Below are positions 9,489-17,210 of a stretch of DNA of 37,819 bases, in pieces (the first letter of the stretch is position 1; each line of letters opens with the position of its first letter). The translations under genes and the position numbers were made by a program. Location of the stretch: the NCBI GenBank assembly GCA_964585065.1, contig CAZPCB010000004.1, forward strand, positions 1 to 37,819, read 5' to 3'. Source of the DNA: an uncultured Candidatus Saccharibacteria bacterium (GTDB lineage Bacteria > Patescibacteriota > Minisyncoccia > SW-4-49-11). The notes beneath the pieces were generated by a model, which saw only the letters and a list, made by a program, of their open reading frames with translations, did not search any database and was not told where the DNA came from.

Positions 9489-10312
9489 AAATTAAAATAC
9501 TGATATGTATTATTAGTAGTATCATACTCATATATAGCTATCAGGAATATAGAAGATTAGTAAATCCAGAAGACCAAATATCATTTTTGAATATTGGGCA
9601 AGGGGATGCAAGCTTAATTCAATCTAAAAGAGGGGATAGAATTGTAATAGACTGTGGACCAAATTCAAAGGTTATTGATCAATTAGAAGCGAAATTAGGA
9701 TATTGGGCGCATCGTATTGATATGATTATTATTACTCATGGGGATAAGGATCATTTTGGTGGATGTAGGGATATTATTGATAGGTTTACAGTAGGCAAGG
9801 TGATGATAAATGGGGTATTCGATGAAAAGAATAAAAGTTATCAAGAATTACTGCAATATATCAAACAAAAAGATATCCCTATTTTACCCTCAATAGAAAA
9901 TACTACGATTACCTTGTCAGACAGTATAGAATTAACTTTATTAAATCCTCAGGAAAATCTTTGGGGGCAAAATATTATCAATGATAATCCTGAATCAATT
10001 GTTATGCTGCTGAGAAGCCAAAAACATTCAGTATTACTCACGGGAGACGCTGATGAGAATACAGAGAAAAAGATAATAGCTCAATACCCTCAATTGGACA
10101 TAGATATCTTGAAAGCCGGTCATCATGGGAGCAAAAGCTCCACATCAGAGCAATTCTTAGATGCTATTACTCCCCGACAAGTTATTATATCAGCAGGAGT
10201 TAACAATAGATATAATCATCCAAACCCAGATACAATAAAAAGGCTTGAGAATAGAAATGTTGAAATTAAAGAAGTGAAGAATTTTATGACAGGTATTGAC
10301 ATTTTATTATAA
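9485..10312 (+). CDS. ComEC-type metallo-beta-lactamase-fold nuclease (separate C-terminal half of ComEC)
   Basis: FLNIGQGDA, IDCG, THGDKDHFGG, LTGDA, LKAGHHGSKSS, ISAGVNNRYNHP. ATGA overlap with comEC. Confidence 0.9.
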   Translation: MKIKILICIISSIILIYSYQEYRRLVNPEDQISFLNIGQGDASLIQSKRGDRIVIDCGPNSKVIDQLEAKLGYWAHRIDMIIITHGDKDHFGGCRDIIDRFTVGKVMINGVFDEKNKSYQELLQYIKQKDIPILPSIENTTITLSDSIELTLLNPQENLWGQNIINDNPESIVMLLRSQKHSVLLTGDADENTEKKIIAQYPQLDIDILKAGHHGSKSSTSEQFLDAITPRQVIISAGVNNRYNHPNPDTIKRLENRNVEIKEVKNFMTGIDILL

Positions 10313-10324
10313 AGATGTTATAAT
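10296..10324 (+). promoter_or_regulatory. Consensus sigma70 promoter for the TrmB-like regulator
   Basis: TTGACA (10296-10301) - 17 nt - TATAAT (10319-10324) with extended TG. A second TGATATAAT lies at 10324-10332. Confidence 0.8.
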
Positions 10325-10356
10325 GATATAATATATTAACACTTATTTTTCATAGT

Positions 10357-11121
10357 ATGGATGAACAACTCTTAGCCAAACTTCGCTCTCTTGGATTCTC
10401 AGACAAAGAATCTAAAGTTTATGTCGCTTCTCTTAAATTAGGATCTGCTCCTATTCAAAAAATTGCTAAATTAGCAACAGTAAATAGAGCTACTACCTAT
10501 GTATTAGTAGAAGGGTTCATGAAAAAAGGACTTATGAGTTCTTATACTCAAGGGAAAAAGAGATTATTTACTCCGGAATCTCCAGAAACCTTATCTGTAT
10601 TGATTCGACAAGATAAAGCTGAAGTTCAGGTAAAAGAGGATACTATAAATGAAATATTACCTACACTTGCAAGTATTTATGATACTACACAAGGTGGAGT
10701 ACGACCACAAGTACGATTTTATGAAGGAAAATTAGGTCTTAATAGTGTTCGTGAAGAAATGCTTAAGACTAAAGAAAAAGAAATTTTCAGTATTTTTGAT
10801 CTTGATGCAACTGAGGGAATTTTTACTTCTGAGGAAAGCGCTAATTTTTATAAAAAGCGATTAACGAAAAAAGTAAATGTACATGCAATTTATTCTTCAT
10901 CAAAGGGAGATATTTTGAAGGATTCAAAATTAGAAAAGGTATTATATCGCTATATCGATAAGTCTAAATATAATTCTCCTATTGATATATCGGTATTTGA
11001 TGACAATGTAGCTATTACTTCATTCAAAGAGCCTATAATGTCAGTTATTATACAAAATGAGCCAATTGCTGAAGCTATAAAGCAAATATTAACTTTGGTT
11101 GAAAAATCAGATACGAAATAA
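10357..11121 (+). CDS. TrmB-family helix-turn-helix transcriptional regulator
   Basis: LGFSDKESKVYVASLKLG...IAKLATVNRATTYVLVEGFMKKGL, PQVRFYEGKLG and C-terminal PLD-like ISVFDDNVAITS. Confidence 0.85.
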   Translation: MDEQLLAKLRSLGFSDKESKVYVASLKLGSAPIQKIAKLATVNRATTYVLVEGFMKKGLMSSYTQGKKRLFTPESPETLSVLIRQDKAEVQVKEDTINEILPTLASIYDTTQGGVRPQVRFYEGKLGLNSVREEMLKTKEKEIFSIFDLDATEGIFTSEESANFYKKRLTKKVNVHAIYSSSKGDILKDSKLEKVLYRYIDKSKYNSPIDISVFDDNVAITSFKEPIMSVIIQNEPIAEAIKQILTLVEKSDTK

Positions 11122-11124
11122 TAA

Positions 11125-11240
11125 ATTGAAGAGAGGAAGCCGCTTTGCGACTTCCTCTACGGAGAGTATTCAGTTGGAGTGTGATTGTCAGATGACACCC
11201 ACTTTATCCTCCGCTAGCAAAGCTAGCATAATGGAACACC
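11125..11240 (-). ncRNA. Candidate stand-alone structured small RNA, possibly carrying a 13-codon micro-ORF at 11229-11188 (MLALLAEDKVGVI)
   Basis: GC-richer island with its own promoter upstream, three hairpins, and a final 12-bp hairpin that pairs fully only on the minus strand (U-G wobble, versus C/A mismatch on plus). Family not recognised. Confidence 0.5.
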
Positions 11241-11243
11241 TCT

Positions 11244-11272
11244 ATATTATCATGAATATAGGTAATTGTCAA
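11244..11272 (-). promoter_or_regulatory. Sigma70 promoter driving the candidate small RNA
   Basis: Minus strand TTGACA (11272-11267) - 17 nt - TAATAT (11249-11244) with extended TG. Confidence 0.7.
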
Positions 11273-11280
11273 GATTATAC

Positions 11281-11319
11281 AACTAAAAACCCATTCAAAC
11301 ATTGAATGGGTTTTTAGTT
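11281..11319 (-). terminator. Intrinsic terminator after rplT
   Basis: Perfect 18-bp stem aactaaaaacccattcaa / ttgaatgggtttttagtt with A/T tails on both sides. Confidence 0.85.
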
Positions 11320-11337
11320 TAGGTCAAATATATAAGA

Positions 11338-11679
11338 TTATTTGGTATTCTCTACAATATGAGCAAATACTTCTGGTTTATGTTCAGCTAAATAAGCTAA
11401 GCTTTTACGATCGAGTTCAATATTAGCTTTATTTAAATTATTAATAAGTCGGCTATATTGTACGCCTAGATTTCGGCTGGCAGCATTAATTTTAGCTTGC
11501 CATAATACTCTCTTATCTCGCTTTTTATTACGTCGATCTCGATATGCATAAGTCCAAGCATGTAATAGGGCTTCTTTTGCAGCTCGAAAATTAGTTTTTC
11601 TTCGCCATTGAAAACCCTTGGCATGTTGCAAGAGATTCTTTCTTCTTTTACTAGCGGTAACTCCTCGTTTAATTCTCAT
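11338..11679 (-). CDS. rplT: 50S ribosomal protein L20
   Basis: RIKRGVTA...AKGF...YAYRDRRNKKRDKRVLWQAKINAA...IELDRKSLA. Confidence 0.97.
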   Translation of the reverse strand: MRIKRGVTASKRRKNLLQHAKGFQWRRKTNFRAAKEALLHAWTYAYRDRRNKKRDKRVLWQAKINAASRNLGVQYSRLINNLNKANIELDRKSLAYLAEHKPEVFAHIVENTK

Positions 11680-11697
11680 ACTATTATCTTAACAATC

Positions 11698-11889
11698 TTA
11701 TTGATTCAATACTCTTTTTAGCTTTTTGACTGGAGTATCAATAATTTGGGTTTTTCGCTTTGATCGCCCTGAATCACCAGATTTTTTAGCTAAGAAATGG
11801 TTCTGAGCTACTTTAAGAGCTACAACCTTATCATTCTTAGTAAGGGTAATGCGCTTGGATAATGATTTACGGGTCTTTAGCTTAGGCAT
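11698..11889 (-). CDS. rpmI: 50S ribosomal protein L35
   Basis: MPKLKTRKSLSKRI...HFLAKKS, located between infC and rplT. Confidence 0.92.
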   Translation of the reverse strand: MPKLKTRKSLSKRITLTKNDKVVALKVAQNHFLAKKSGDSGRSKRKTQIIDTPVKKLKRVLNQ

Positions 11890-11937
11890 ATGTTCAAATT
11901 ATCAATTATATACTCAATTCTGTCTATCTTATCATAA

Positions 11938-12489
11938 TTAAATCTTTTTTGCAAGTATAGCACTAAAACCTTGAGGTGAGCGCTTTAATTCTTGATCAAA
12001 GCGTATAGTATCAGGCAGATTGTCGAGTATATTTTTCATCTTAATACCCGCTTGTTCAGCAAAAGCTTTTTCTCTTCCTCTCAAATACATATCAAATTTT
12101 ACCTTATGCCCTTGCTCCAGGAATTTATAGGCTTGTTTTAATTTTACCTCTAAATCATGGGATTCTATCTTGAATCCAATACGAAGTACTTTGAGCTCTA
12201 CTTTCTTTTGCTTTGCCTTATGTAATCTCTGTTGTTTAGATTGAGTATAGAGGAATTTCCCATAATTCATGATTTTACATACAGGGGGGCGGGGATCAGA
12301 TGCTATTTCAACCAAATCTAAATCAGCTTCACGTGCTTGCCTGAGAGCTTCTTCTAGAGAAACCGTCCCAATCATTTTTCCTGTGACATCAATAAGACGT
12401 ACATCAGGACCAATAATATTTTCATTAATACGCTGATTTTTTTTTGATGAGCTCTTCGGCTGTTGTGACATTGAGTAATACTTATTAAT
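11938..12489 (-). CDS. infC: Translation initiation factor IF-3 (probable ATT start at 12489; alternative ATG at 12471)
   Basis: RINENI...VRLID...DLDLVEIA...PPVCKIMNYGKFLY, DLEVKLKQAYKFL. An in-frame ATT lies 6 codons upstream of the ATG, and AUU is the established infC start in many bacteria. Confidence 0.93.
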   Translation of the reverse strand: MNKYYSMSQQPKSSSKKNQRINENIIGPDVRLIDVTGKMIGTVSLEEALRQAREADLDLVEIASDPRPPVCKIMNYGKFLYTQSKQQRLHKAKQKKVELKVLRIGFKIESHDLEVKLKQAYKFLEQGHKVKFDMYLRGREKAFAEQAGIKMKNILDNLPDTIRFDQELKRSPQGFSAILAKKI

Positions 12490-12490
12490 A

Positions 12491-12882
12491 GGGTGGAGAT
12501 GATGGGAATTGAACCCATGTATAGCCCAGCATCCGTATACAATTACTTAGAGAAATAGGAAATTGCGGGTCTTTTTTATGATATATTCTTAATTAATTTC
12601 CAAAGATAGAATACATCAGTGCCACAAAAAAGTTTTGGCAAATGGTCTTTGTGGATGACTATTTCCCTATCAACATGTATATAACACCAATATTCTTGTA
12701 TGTTGACTAAAAGAATATGATGGCAGTCGCGAAATTACTTAGGCAACTGCATACCCAAATCCGTAAGAGGATCGGGCTGCAAAAGGTTTTGCATTTGGGT
12801 TTGTCCGTCTTTGGTCTCGTGACAGACATACGAGTTCTCATTGTATATAGATGTGAATGAACTAGCAAAGCGAAACATCCCC
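12491..12882 (-). ncRNA. ssrA: tmRNA (one-piece), tag reading frame 12792-12739 = AKPFAARSSYGFGYAVA*
   Basis: Acceptor GGGGAUG/CAUCUCC with G3-U70 and discriminator A, T-arm AUGGG-UUCAAUU-CCCAU, helix 2 (UAGUUCA/UGGGCUA; CAUCU/GGAUG; UAUACAAU/AUUGUAUA), PK1 (CUCGU/ACGAG; UGUCUGUC/GACGGACA), H5 GCAGUUGC/GCGACUGC flanking the tag stop. Directly downstream of smpB. Confidence 0.95.
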
Positions 12883-12889
12883 GATTGAG

Positions 12890-13333
12890 TTATTTGATTC
12901 GCAATATTCTTTGAATAGATCGTTGTTCTTCTCTATCTCGAATACTATGGCGCTTATCAATCTTTTTCTTGCCTTTTGCAAGGACAATTTCAATCTTAAT
13001 AAGTCCACGTATTAAGTATAGCTTAATTGGGATAATTGTCAAGCCTGAAGCTGATTTTTTGGCAATTAATGAATCGATTTCAGAACGCTTCAAAAGTATT
13101 TTTCGAGGGCGCTCGGTATCAAAATGGGTATCAGCATGATTTTGATAATGGGGGATATGACAATGAATCAAAAATAATTCATTATTTTCAATAGTGATAT
13201 AAGAACCCTTGAGGCTGGCATGACTTAATTTCACTGACTTCACCTCATTTCCAAATAACTGAAGACCAGCCTGATAGGTATCAAGAATAGTATAATCAAA
13301 AGTAGCACGAATATTTTGGGCAAGAGGCTTCAT
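12890..13333 (-). CDS. smpB: SsrA-binding protein SmpB
   Basis: NIRATFDY...AGLQLFGNEVKSVK...RPRKILL...GLTIIPIKLY...AKGKKKIDKR. Confidence 0.97.
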   Translation of the reverse strand: MKPLAQNIRATFDYTILDTYQAGLQLFGNEVKSVKLSHASLKGSYITIENNELFLIHCHIPHYQNHADTHFDTERPRKILLKRSEIDSLIAKKSASGLTIIPIKLYLIRGLIKIEIVLAKGKKKIDKRHSIRDREEQRSIQRILRIK

Positions 13334-13365
13334 AAAATAGTCTCAATAAAGAATATAATATATCC

Positions 13366-13401
13366 TAGTATAGCATGGATAAGTACTCATATGCTATACT
13401 A
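13366..13401. promoter_or_regulatory. Back-to-back divergent extended -10 promoters for smpB and the GT4 gene
   Basis: Inverted repeat tagtatagcat (13366-13376) / atgctatacta (13391-13401), each giving TGCTATACT on its own strand. Confidence 0.7.
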
Positions 13402-13423
13402 AATGATATAAAATCTATACTCT

Positions 13424-14521
13424 ATGAAACTTATAATAAATGGAGATTTTCTTGCTAAACCCACAACAGGGATGGGACAATATTTATTACAAATTCTTGA
13501 ACATCAAAACTGGAATTATGAAATTATCATTTTAATACCAGAATATCTCAAGTCTTCAGTCAAGAATATCCCTAAACCTATTAAAAAAAATATTCAATAT
13601 ATTCCCACTTGGTATACACGCAATGATCTTATTGCCCAGGTATTATGGGAAAAGAATATATTTCCAAAAGCAGTATTACAGCTAAAAGCTGATATAGTCT
13701 GGAGCCCACATCCAAGTCTTTCTTATATAGCACAAATCCCTCATATTATGACAATACATGATGTGATTTATTGGCGATTACCTGCATATATTCCAAATTG
13801 GAAAATGAGTATTTATGTAAAGCTATTAAAATCATCTATTCAAAAAGTTAAACAAATTGTGACTATATCAGCTTTCTCAGCTCAAGAAATAGCAGATATA
13901 TTTAAGCTTGAGGCAAAAAACATCCCTATCATATATCCTGCCTCTCCCCGTATTGCAATCAAAGAAGAATTACCTATACAAGAAAAATATATTTTTTATG
14001 AAGGGGGGCTTGATATACGGAAAAATGTTCCACAACTCATTGAAGCCTTTGCTATTATAGCTCCCAAATTTCCTCATTTAAGTCTGTATATAGTGGGTAA
14101 TTATTTTGAAAGTCCTCTTATTCCAAATATTCCTCAATTAATTAATACACATAATCTAGAAGATAGGGTGAAATTGTTAGGATATATATCAGATGAGGAT
14201 ATGATTAAATATATACAGCAAGCTGAAATATTGGTGTATCCATCCCTTTATGAAGGATTTGGTATTCCAATAATAGAAGGTTTGAGTTTGGGAACCCCAG
14301 TTATTACTTCCAATATTGGGGCTATGAAGGAGGTCGGAGCAGATGCTGCAGTGCTCGCAAATCCCGACTCAGCTAAATCCATTGCAAAGGGCATACAAAG
14401 TATATTACAAGATGATCTCTTGAAGCAATCACTTATATATAAAGGTTATGAGAGAGCAAAAGAATTTGATTGGAAGATGAGTGCTCAGCAATTAGGAAAA
14501 ATACTAGATAATCAACAATAA
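13424..14521 (+). CDS. Glycosyltransferase family 4 (GT-B, retaining)
   Basis: MTIHDVI, TISAFSAQEI, RKNVPQLIEAF, YPSLYEGFGIPIIEGLSLGTPVITSN. Confidence 0.92.
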   Translation: MKLIINGDFLAKPTTGMGQYLLQILEHQNWNYEIIILIPEYLKSSVKNIPKPIKKNIQYIPTWYTRNDLIAQVLWEKNIFPKAVLQLKADIVWSPHPSLSYIAQIPHIMTIHDVIYWRLPAYIPNWKMSIYVKLLKSSIQKVKQIVTISAFSAQEIADIFKLEAKNIPIIYPASPRIAIKEELPIQEKYIFYEGGLDIRKNVPQLIEAFAIIAPKFPHLSLYIVGNYFESPLIPNIPQLINTHNLEDRVKLLGYISDEDMIKYIQQAEILVYPSLYEGFGIPIIEGLSLGTPVITSNIGAMKEVGADAAVLANPDSAKSIAKGIQSILQDDLLKQSLIYKGYERAKEFDWKMSAQQLGKILDNQQ

Positions 14522-14522
14522 T

Positions 14523-14564
14523 CAAAAGTCAAGCTTTGACTTTTGGCTACAAATAGGCTATACT
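14523..14564 (+). promoter_or_regulatory. ftsZ promoter with a 10-3-10 inverted repeat over the -35 box
   Basis: TTGACT (14536-14541) - 17 nt - TATACT (14559-14564); CAAAAGTCAA-gct-TTGACTTTTG at 14523-14545. Confidence 0.7.
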
Positions 14565-14596
14565 GTGTGAAAGTATTGAATAGGTATTCAACATAT

Positions 14597-15781
14597 ATGG
14601 CAAGAATTAATCCTGAGATAGAAGCATTCGCAAAAATTAAAGTTGTTGGAGTTGGAGGAGCTGGAGGTAATGCCTTAAAGAGAATGATAGATTCAGAAAT
14701 TAAGGGGGTTGAATTTGTAGCAGTAAACACCGATGCCCAAGATTTACATCATTCACAAGCAGAACATAAAGTTCATTTAGGAAAAAATCTTACACGGGGA
14801 CTTGGAGCTGGTATGAATCCGGAAGTTGGACGTAAGGCCGCAGAAGAAAGTAAAGAAGAAGTATATCAGGCAGTAAACGGGTCTCATATGATTTTTATTA
14901 CTGCAGGAATGGGTGGAGGCACAGGATCTGGAGCATCTCCTGTAATAGCACAAGCTGCAAAAGAAAGCGGAGCTCTAACTGTAGCGGTAGTTACAAAGCC
15001 ATTTATGTTTGAAGGTATACAGCGTAAGCGTATTGCAGATGCTGCTTTTGAGGAATTAAAGAAAAATGTTGATACTATTATCACTATTCCTAATGATAAG
15101 ATCTTAAATATTATTGATCGCAATACCCCGGTTCTCGATGCTTTTTCTATGATTGATGATGTATTAAGACAGGGAGTTCAAGGTATTTCTGATCTTATTA
15201 CTACTCCAGGACTTGTTAATGTAGATTTTGCCGATGTGAGTGCCATTATGAAAAATGCAGGATCTGCCTTGATGGGAATTGGTAGTGCCTCAGGTGAAAA
15301 TAGAGCAGTAACTGCTGCTAAAATTGCTATTAATAGTCCACTTTTAGATATTTCAATTAAGGGAGCTAAGGGAGTATTATTTAATGTTACGGGTGGTAAA
15401 GATTTATCAATGGCAGAAATCAATGATGCTGCTAATGTGATTATTGAATCTATTGATCCAGATGCTCAAGTAATTTTTGGAGCTGTTATTAATGAAAAAT
15501 TAACAGATGGGGAAGTACAAGTAACGGTAATTGCAACTGGATTTGATCAAAAAGACCCAAAACCACCCATTAAACCATTCAAAACTGAAGAAGTTAAAGA
15601 ACCAACTTTAGAAGAATTACAAAAACAAGCTGAAGTTGAAAAAGTAAAGCAAAAAGAAGAGGAGGAGCGACAAAAAGCAGTAGAGGTAAAAAAAGATGAA
15701 TTTATTAAAACAGTAGAATCAGATGGGGAAGATGAATTTGAACTTCCAACTTTTATTCGAAATAAATTAAATAAAAAGTAA
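14597..15781 (+). CDS. ftsZ: Cell division protein FtsZ
   Basis: IKVVGVGGAGGNA, NTDAQDL, GMGGGTGSG, NVDFADV, C-terminal ELPTFIR. Start set to the ATG at 14597 because the upstream part of the ORF overlaps the promoter. Confidence 0.97.
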   Translation: MARINPEIEAFAKIKVVGVGGAGGNALKRMIDSEIKGVEFVAVNTDAQDLHHSQAEHKVHLGKNLTRGLGAGMNPEVGRKAAEESKEEVYQAVNGSHMIFITAGMGGGTGSGASPVIAQAAKESGALTVAVVTKPFMFEGIQRKRIADAAFEELKKNVDTIITIPNDKILNIIDRNTPVLDAFSMIDDVLRQGVQGISDLITTPGLVNVDFADVSAIMKNAGSALMGIGSASGENRAVTAAKIAINSPLLDISIKGAKGVLFNVTGGKDLSMAEINDAANVIIESIDPDAQVIFGAVINEKLTDGEVQVTVIATGFDQKDPKPPIKPFKTEEVKEPTLEELQKQAEVEKVKQKEEEERQKAVEVKKDEFIKTVESDGEDEFELPTFIRNKLNKK

Positions 15782-15786
15782 ATCTC

Positions 15787-15815
15787 TTGCCAAATAAATC
15801 TAAAATCTGTATACT
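15787..15815 (+). promoter_or_regulatory. Promoter for tRNA-Glu
   Basis: TTGCCA - 17 nt - TATACT, 11 nt before the tRNA 5' end. Confidence 0.65.
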
Positions 15816-15826
15816 GTACAGATATT

Positions 15827-15904
15827 GGCCACATCGTCTAGCCCGGTCTAGGACATCCCCCTCTCACGGGGAAAACAGGGGTTCGAATCCCCTTGCGGCT
15901 ACCA
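15827..15904 (+). tRNA. tRNA-Glu (anticodon CTC), CCA encoded
   Basis: Acceptor GGCCACA/TGCGGCT, anticodon arm TCCCC-CTCTCAC-GGGGA, T-arm AGGGG-TTCGAAT-CCCCT, ends ACCA. Confidence 0.93.
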
Positions 15905-15917
15905 ATTTTTTGCAAAG

Positions 15918-15936
15918 GGAGATATAGCATATCTCC
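15918..15936. terminator. Small hairpin between convergent tRNA-Glu and uvrC
   Basis: GGAGATAT-agc-ATATCTCC. Confidence 0.5.
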
Positions 15937-15944
15937 ACCCAACT

Positions 15945-17210
15945 TTATTCTGGTAACTTTTCTCTTAATTTACGATGATAGGTAACTGCAAAACGATGAG
16001 ATTCATCTCGAATTTGTTGTAATAATTGAAGAGCCTTAGAGGCCCGAGATAATAATTTTGGCCTATCATGTCCCGGAATATATATTTCTTCTAATCTTTT
16101 TGCAAGGGATATAATAGGAATAGACCGATATTCAATTTTTCCATTTCTCTGAGCTTCTAGGGCTTTTGATAATTGTCCTTTACCCCCATCAATTAAAATT
16201 AAATCTGGAATAGGCCAATCATTATGATTGAATCTACGAGTAAGAGCTTGATGAAGATTATAAAAATCATCACCACCCTCAGGGGGTTTTTGTATACGGA
16301 ATTTACGATATTCAGCCTTATTGGCTTTCCCATCTTCGAATACGACCATAGATACTACGGCTTTATCTCCATGAAAATGAGAGGAATCATAACCTTCAAT
16401 TCTTTTAGGTGACTTATCTAGATTAAGGACTTTCTGTAATTCATCAGTATATTTGATATTTCGGCTTTTATCAGTTGTGATAATTCCTTTATGTAATGAT
16501 ATTTTCTCTAAAGCTTCAATTTGTTGTCTTATCTCAAGAGCTTTTTCAAACTCTTGTAATGCGGAATAACTTTGCATTTGTATCGTTAAATCTCTTAATA
16601 GGGATTTGGTTTTACCCTTCATAATCTCAAGTATGGTGGTCAGATGTTTTTGATAATTAGCCTTATCGATATTTTGTATACAAGGAGCCTCACATTTACC
16701 AAGACGATAATAAATACAAGGATGTTTTGGCATTATTCTACAAGACCTATAAGGAAAGCTTTTCCGTAAAATACGTAATGTTTTACGGAGGGCATCTCCA
16801 TTAACAAAAGGACCAAGATAATTCAATTTTTCTGTATGAGAATCTAAATAGGTTTTATGAGTTACAAATATGCGGGGAAAATTCTCTTTAGTCCACACAA
16901 GATAGGCATAACTTTTATCATCTTTTAAAAGTATATTATATTTTGGATTATATTTTTTGATTAAATTAGATTCAAGAATTAAAGCTTCGATTTCGCTATC
17001 ACAGGGCTTGATTTCAATATGATGAATATCTTTTATCATAGCTCTTTTAGCTGCATTGAGAGAGGCGTTAGTCCGAAAATAACTTTGTATGCGGCTTTTG
17101 AGTTTAATGGCTTTCCCAATATAAATAATGGTATTATCAGAATTATAAAAAAGATATATTCCTGGAATTTGAGGGATATCTTGAATTATTTGAGTTAGGG
17201 GATGAGACAT
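15945..17210 (-). CDS. uvrC: Excinuclease ABC subunit C, short form without C-terminal HhH domains
   Basis: GIY-YIG (PGIYLF...IYIGKAIKLKSRIQSYF), EALILESNLIKKYNPKYNILLKDDKSY, UVR motif, RIEGYDSSH, DLILIDGGKGQL, QIRDESHRFA. ATG at 17210 preferred over GTG at 17231. Confidence 0.93.
   Translation of the reverse strand: MSHPLTQIIQDIPQIPGIYLFYNSDNTIIYIGKAIKLKSRIQSYFRTNASLNAAKRAMIKDIHHIEIKPCDSEIEALILESNLIKKYNPKYNILLKDDKSYAYLVWTKENFPRIFVTHKTYLDSHTEKLNYLGPFVNGDALRKTLRILRKSFPYRSCRIMPKHPCIYYRLGKCEAPCIQNIDKANYQKHLTTILEIMKGKTKSLLRDLTIQMQSYSALQEFEKALEIRQQIEALEKISLHKGIITTDKSRNIKYTDELQKVLNLDKSPKRIEGYDSSHFHGDKAVVSMVVFEDGKANKAEYRKFRIQKPPEGGDDFYNLHQALTRRFNHNDWPIPDLILIDGGKGQLSKALEAQRNGKIEYRSIPIISLAKRLEEIYIPGHDRPKLLSRASKALQLLQQIRDESHRFAVTYHRKLREKLPE

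Noticed and set aside
8064-10312. Split ComEC as a frameshifted pseudogene
   Set aside because: The second ORF has its own hydrophobic N-terminal anchor and a clean ATGA overlap, and two-gene ComEC arrangements are known.
11090-11229. Read-through of the micro-ORF over three in-frame UGA codons gives ILSVEEVAKRL, reminiscent of excisionase-type HTH starts
   Set aside because: Long genes contain no in-frame TGA and comEC, the wecA-like gene and rodA stop on TGA, so code 11 applies. The peptide coincides with a hairpin arm and runs antisense into the TrmB-like gene. Likely chance.
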